From Syntrophomonadaceae bacterium (lineage in GTDB: Bacteria > Bacillota > Dethiobacteria > DTU022), in contig PUKV01000252.1 of NCBI GenBank assembly GCA_003550645.1, positions 1 to 49,992 of the forward strand: a stretch of DNA of 49,992 nucleotides, given 5' to 3'. The first letter of the stretch is position 1. Each line of letters starts with the position of its first letter. The notes below the pieces were generated by a model. It was not told the origin of the DNA, ran no database searches, and saw only the letters and a program-made list of their open reading frames with translations. Shown in pieces: positions 49,459 to 49,992 of this stretch. A program made the position numbers and the translations under genes.

Positions 49459-49495
49459 TATTTATCCACACACTTTATAATAAGGGGCAATGCAT

Positions 49496-49992
49496 ATGAA
49501 CCGGATTATTTACATGAACGGTAGGATGGTTCCGGAAGAAGAAGCGGTAGTATCAGTTTTTGATCACGGTTTACTTTATGGAGACGGTGTTTTCGAAGGA
49601 ATCAGGGCTTATAGCGGCCGCATATTTAAGCTGGAGGAGCATATCCAGAGGCTGTTTGAATCGGCTCACTCGATCATGCTGAACCTTCCATATGATCACC
49701 ACCAGATGATCAGGGCGGTTGTTGACACGGTTAACGCCAACAACTTGCAGGATGCTTATATCAGGGTGGTCGTTTCCAGGGGAGTTGGTGATCTGGGGCT
49801 GGATCCTGAGAAATGCAAAAATCCCCAGGTAGTGATCATTGCTGACAAGATTAAATTGTTCCCGGAAGAGCTGTATGAAACAGGGTTAAGCGTTATCACA
49901 GTTGCCACCCGCCGCAACAATGCCGACGCCCTTGATCCCAAACTCAAATCCCTTAACTACCTCAACAACATCCTGGTCAAGCTGGAAGCCAA
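49496..49992 (+). CDS. ilvE: Branched-chain amino acid aminotransferase (class IV); runs off the window
   Basis: Manual translation MNRIIYMNGRMVPEEEAVVSVFDHGLLYGDGVFEGIRAYSGRIFKLEEHIQRLFESA...YIRVVVSRGVGDLGLDP...KSLNYLNN. Confidence 0.94.
   Translation, partial: MNRIIYMNGRMVPEEEAVVSVFDHGLLYGDGVFEGIRAYSGRIFKLEEHIQRLFESAHSIMLNLPYDHHQMIRAVVDTVNANNLQDAYIRVVVSRGVGDLGLDPEKCKNPQVVIIADKIKLFPEELYETGLSVITVATRRNNADALDPKLKSLNYLNNILVKLEA

Noticed and set aside
47551-49992. rRNA operon or tRNAs that often follow gyrA in Bacillota
   Set aside because: No 16S/23S/5S or tRNA signatures were seen; protein genes and a T-box occupy the region

Overview
This window is the chromosomal origin region of a Bacillota (Firmicutes) genome. 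Acidic surface proteins suggest a halo/alkaliphilic clostridia-like anaerobe, which is an inference. All genes left of ~32.4 kb are on the minus strand and all genes from dnaA onward are on the plus strand, as expected around oriC. Left arm, read away from the origin: rpmH-rnpA-yidD-yidC-jag-mnmE-rsmG-noc-parA-parB (two parS sites), M23 peptidase-bactofilin, adk, DUF951, ychF, AI-2E permease, rpsF-ssb-rpsR, rplI-dnaB-FAD oxidoreductase, G5/M23 peptidase, walR-walK-yycH-yycI-murA-htrA-metalloenzyme-MBL hydrolase, rho, a FadR/LldR-type regulator and a partial GlcD-like oxidoreductase. Right arm: dnaA-dnaN-recF-dciA(DUF721)-remB-gyrB, then a class III aminotransferase/TAXI-TRAP cassette, gyrA, a carboxyltransferase (OadA/PycB-like, no biotin domain) and a T-box-controlled partial ilvE. 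I saw no CRISPR array, rRNA, tRNA or intact transposase, and no clearly new multi-gene system. The best leads are mostly non-coding: a REP-like hairpin family with a fixed GAACCGTCCCC core on unrelated stems, a strand-specific structured leader RNA before the G5/M23 peptidase, seven co-oriented SigH-type promoters, a probable non-AUG start for walK, and departures from the usual gene order (mnmG absent, gyrB/gyrA split, murA inside the wal cluster).
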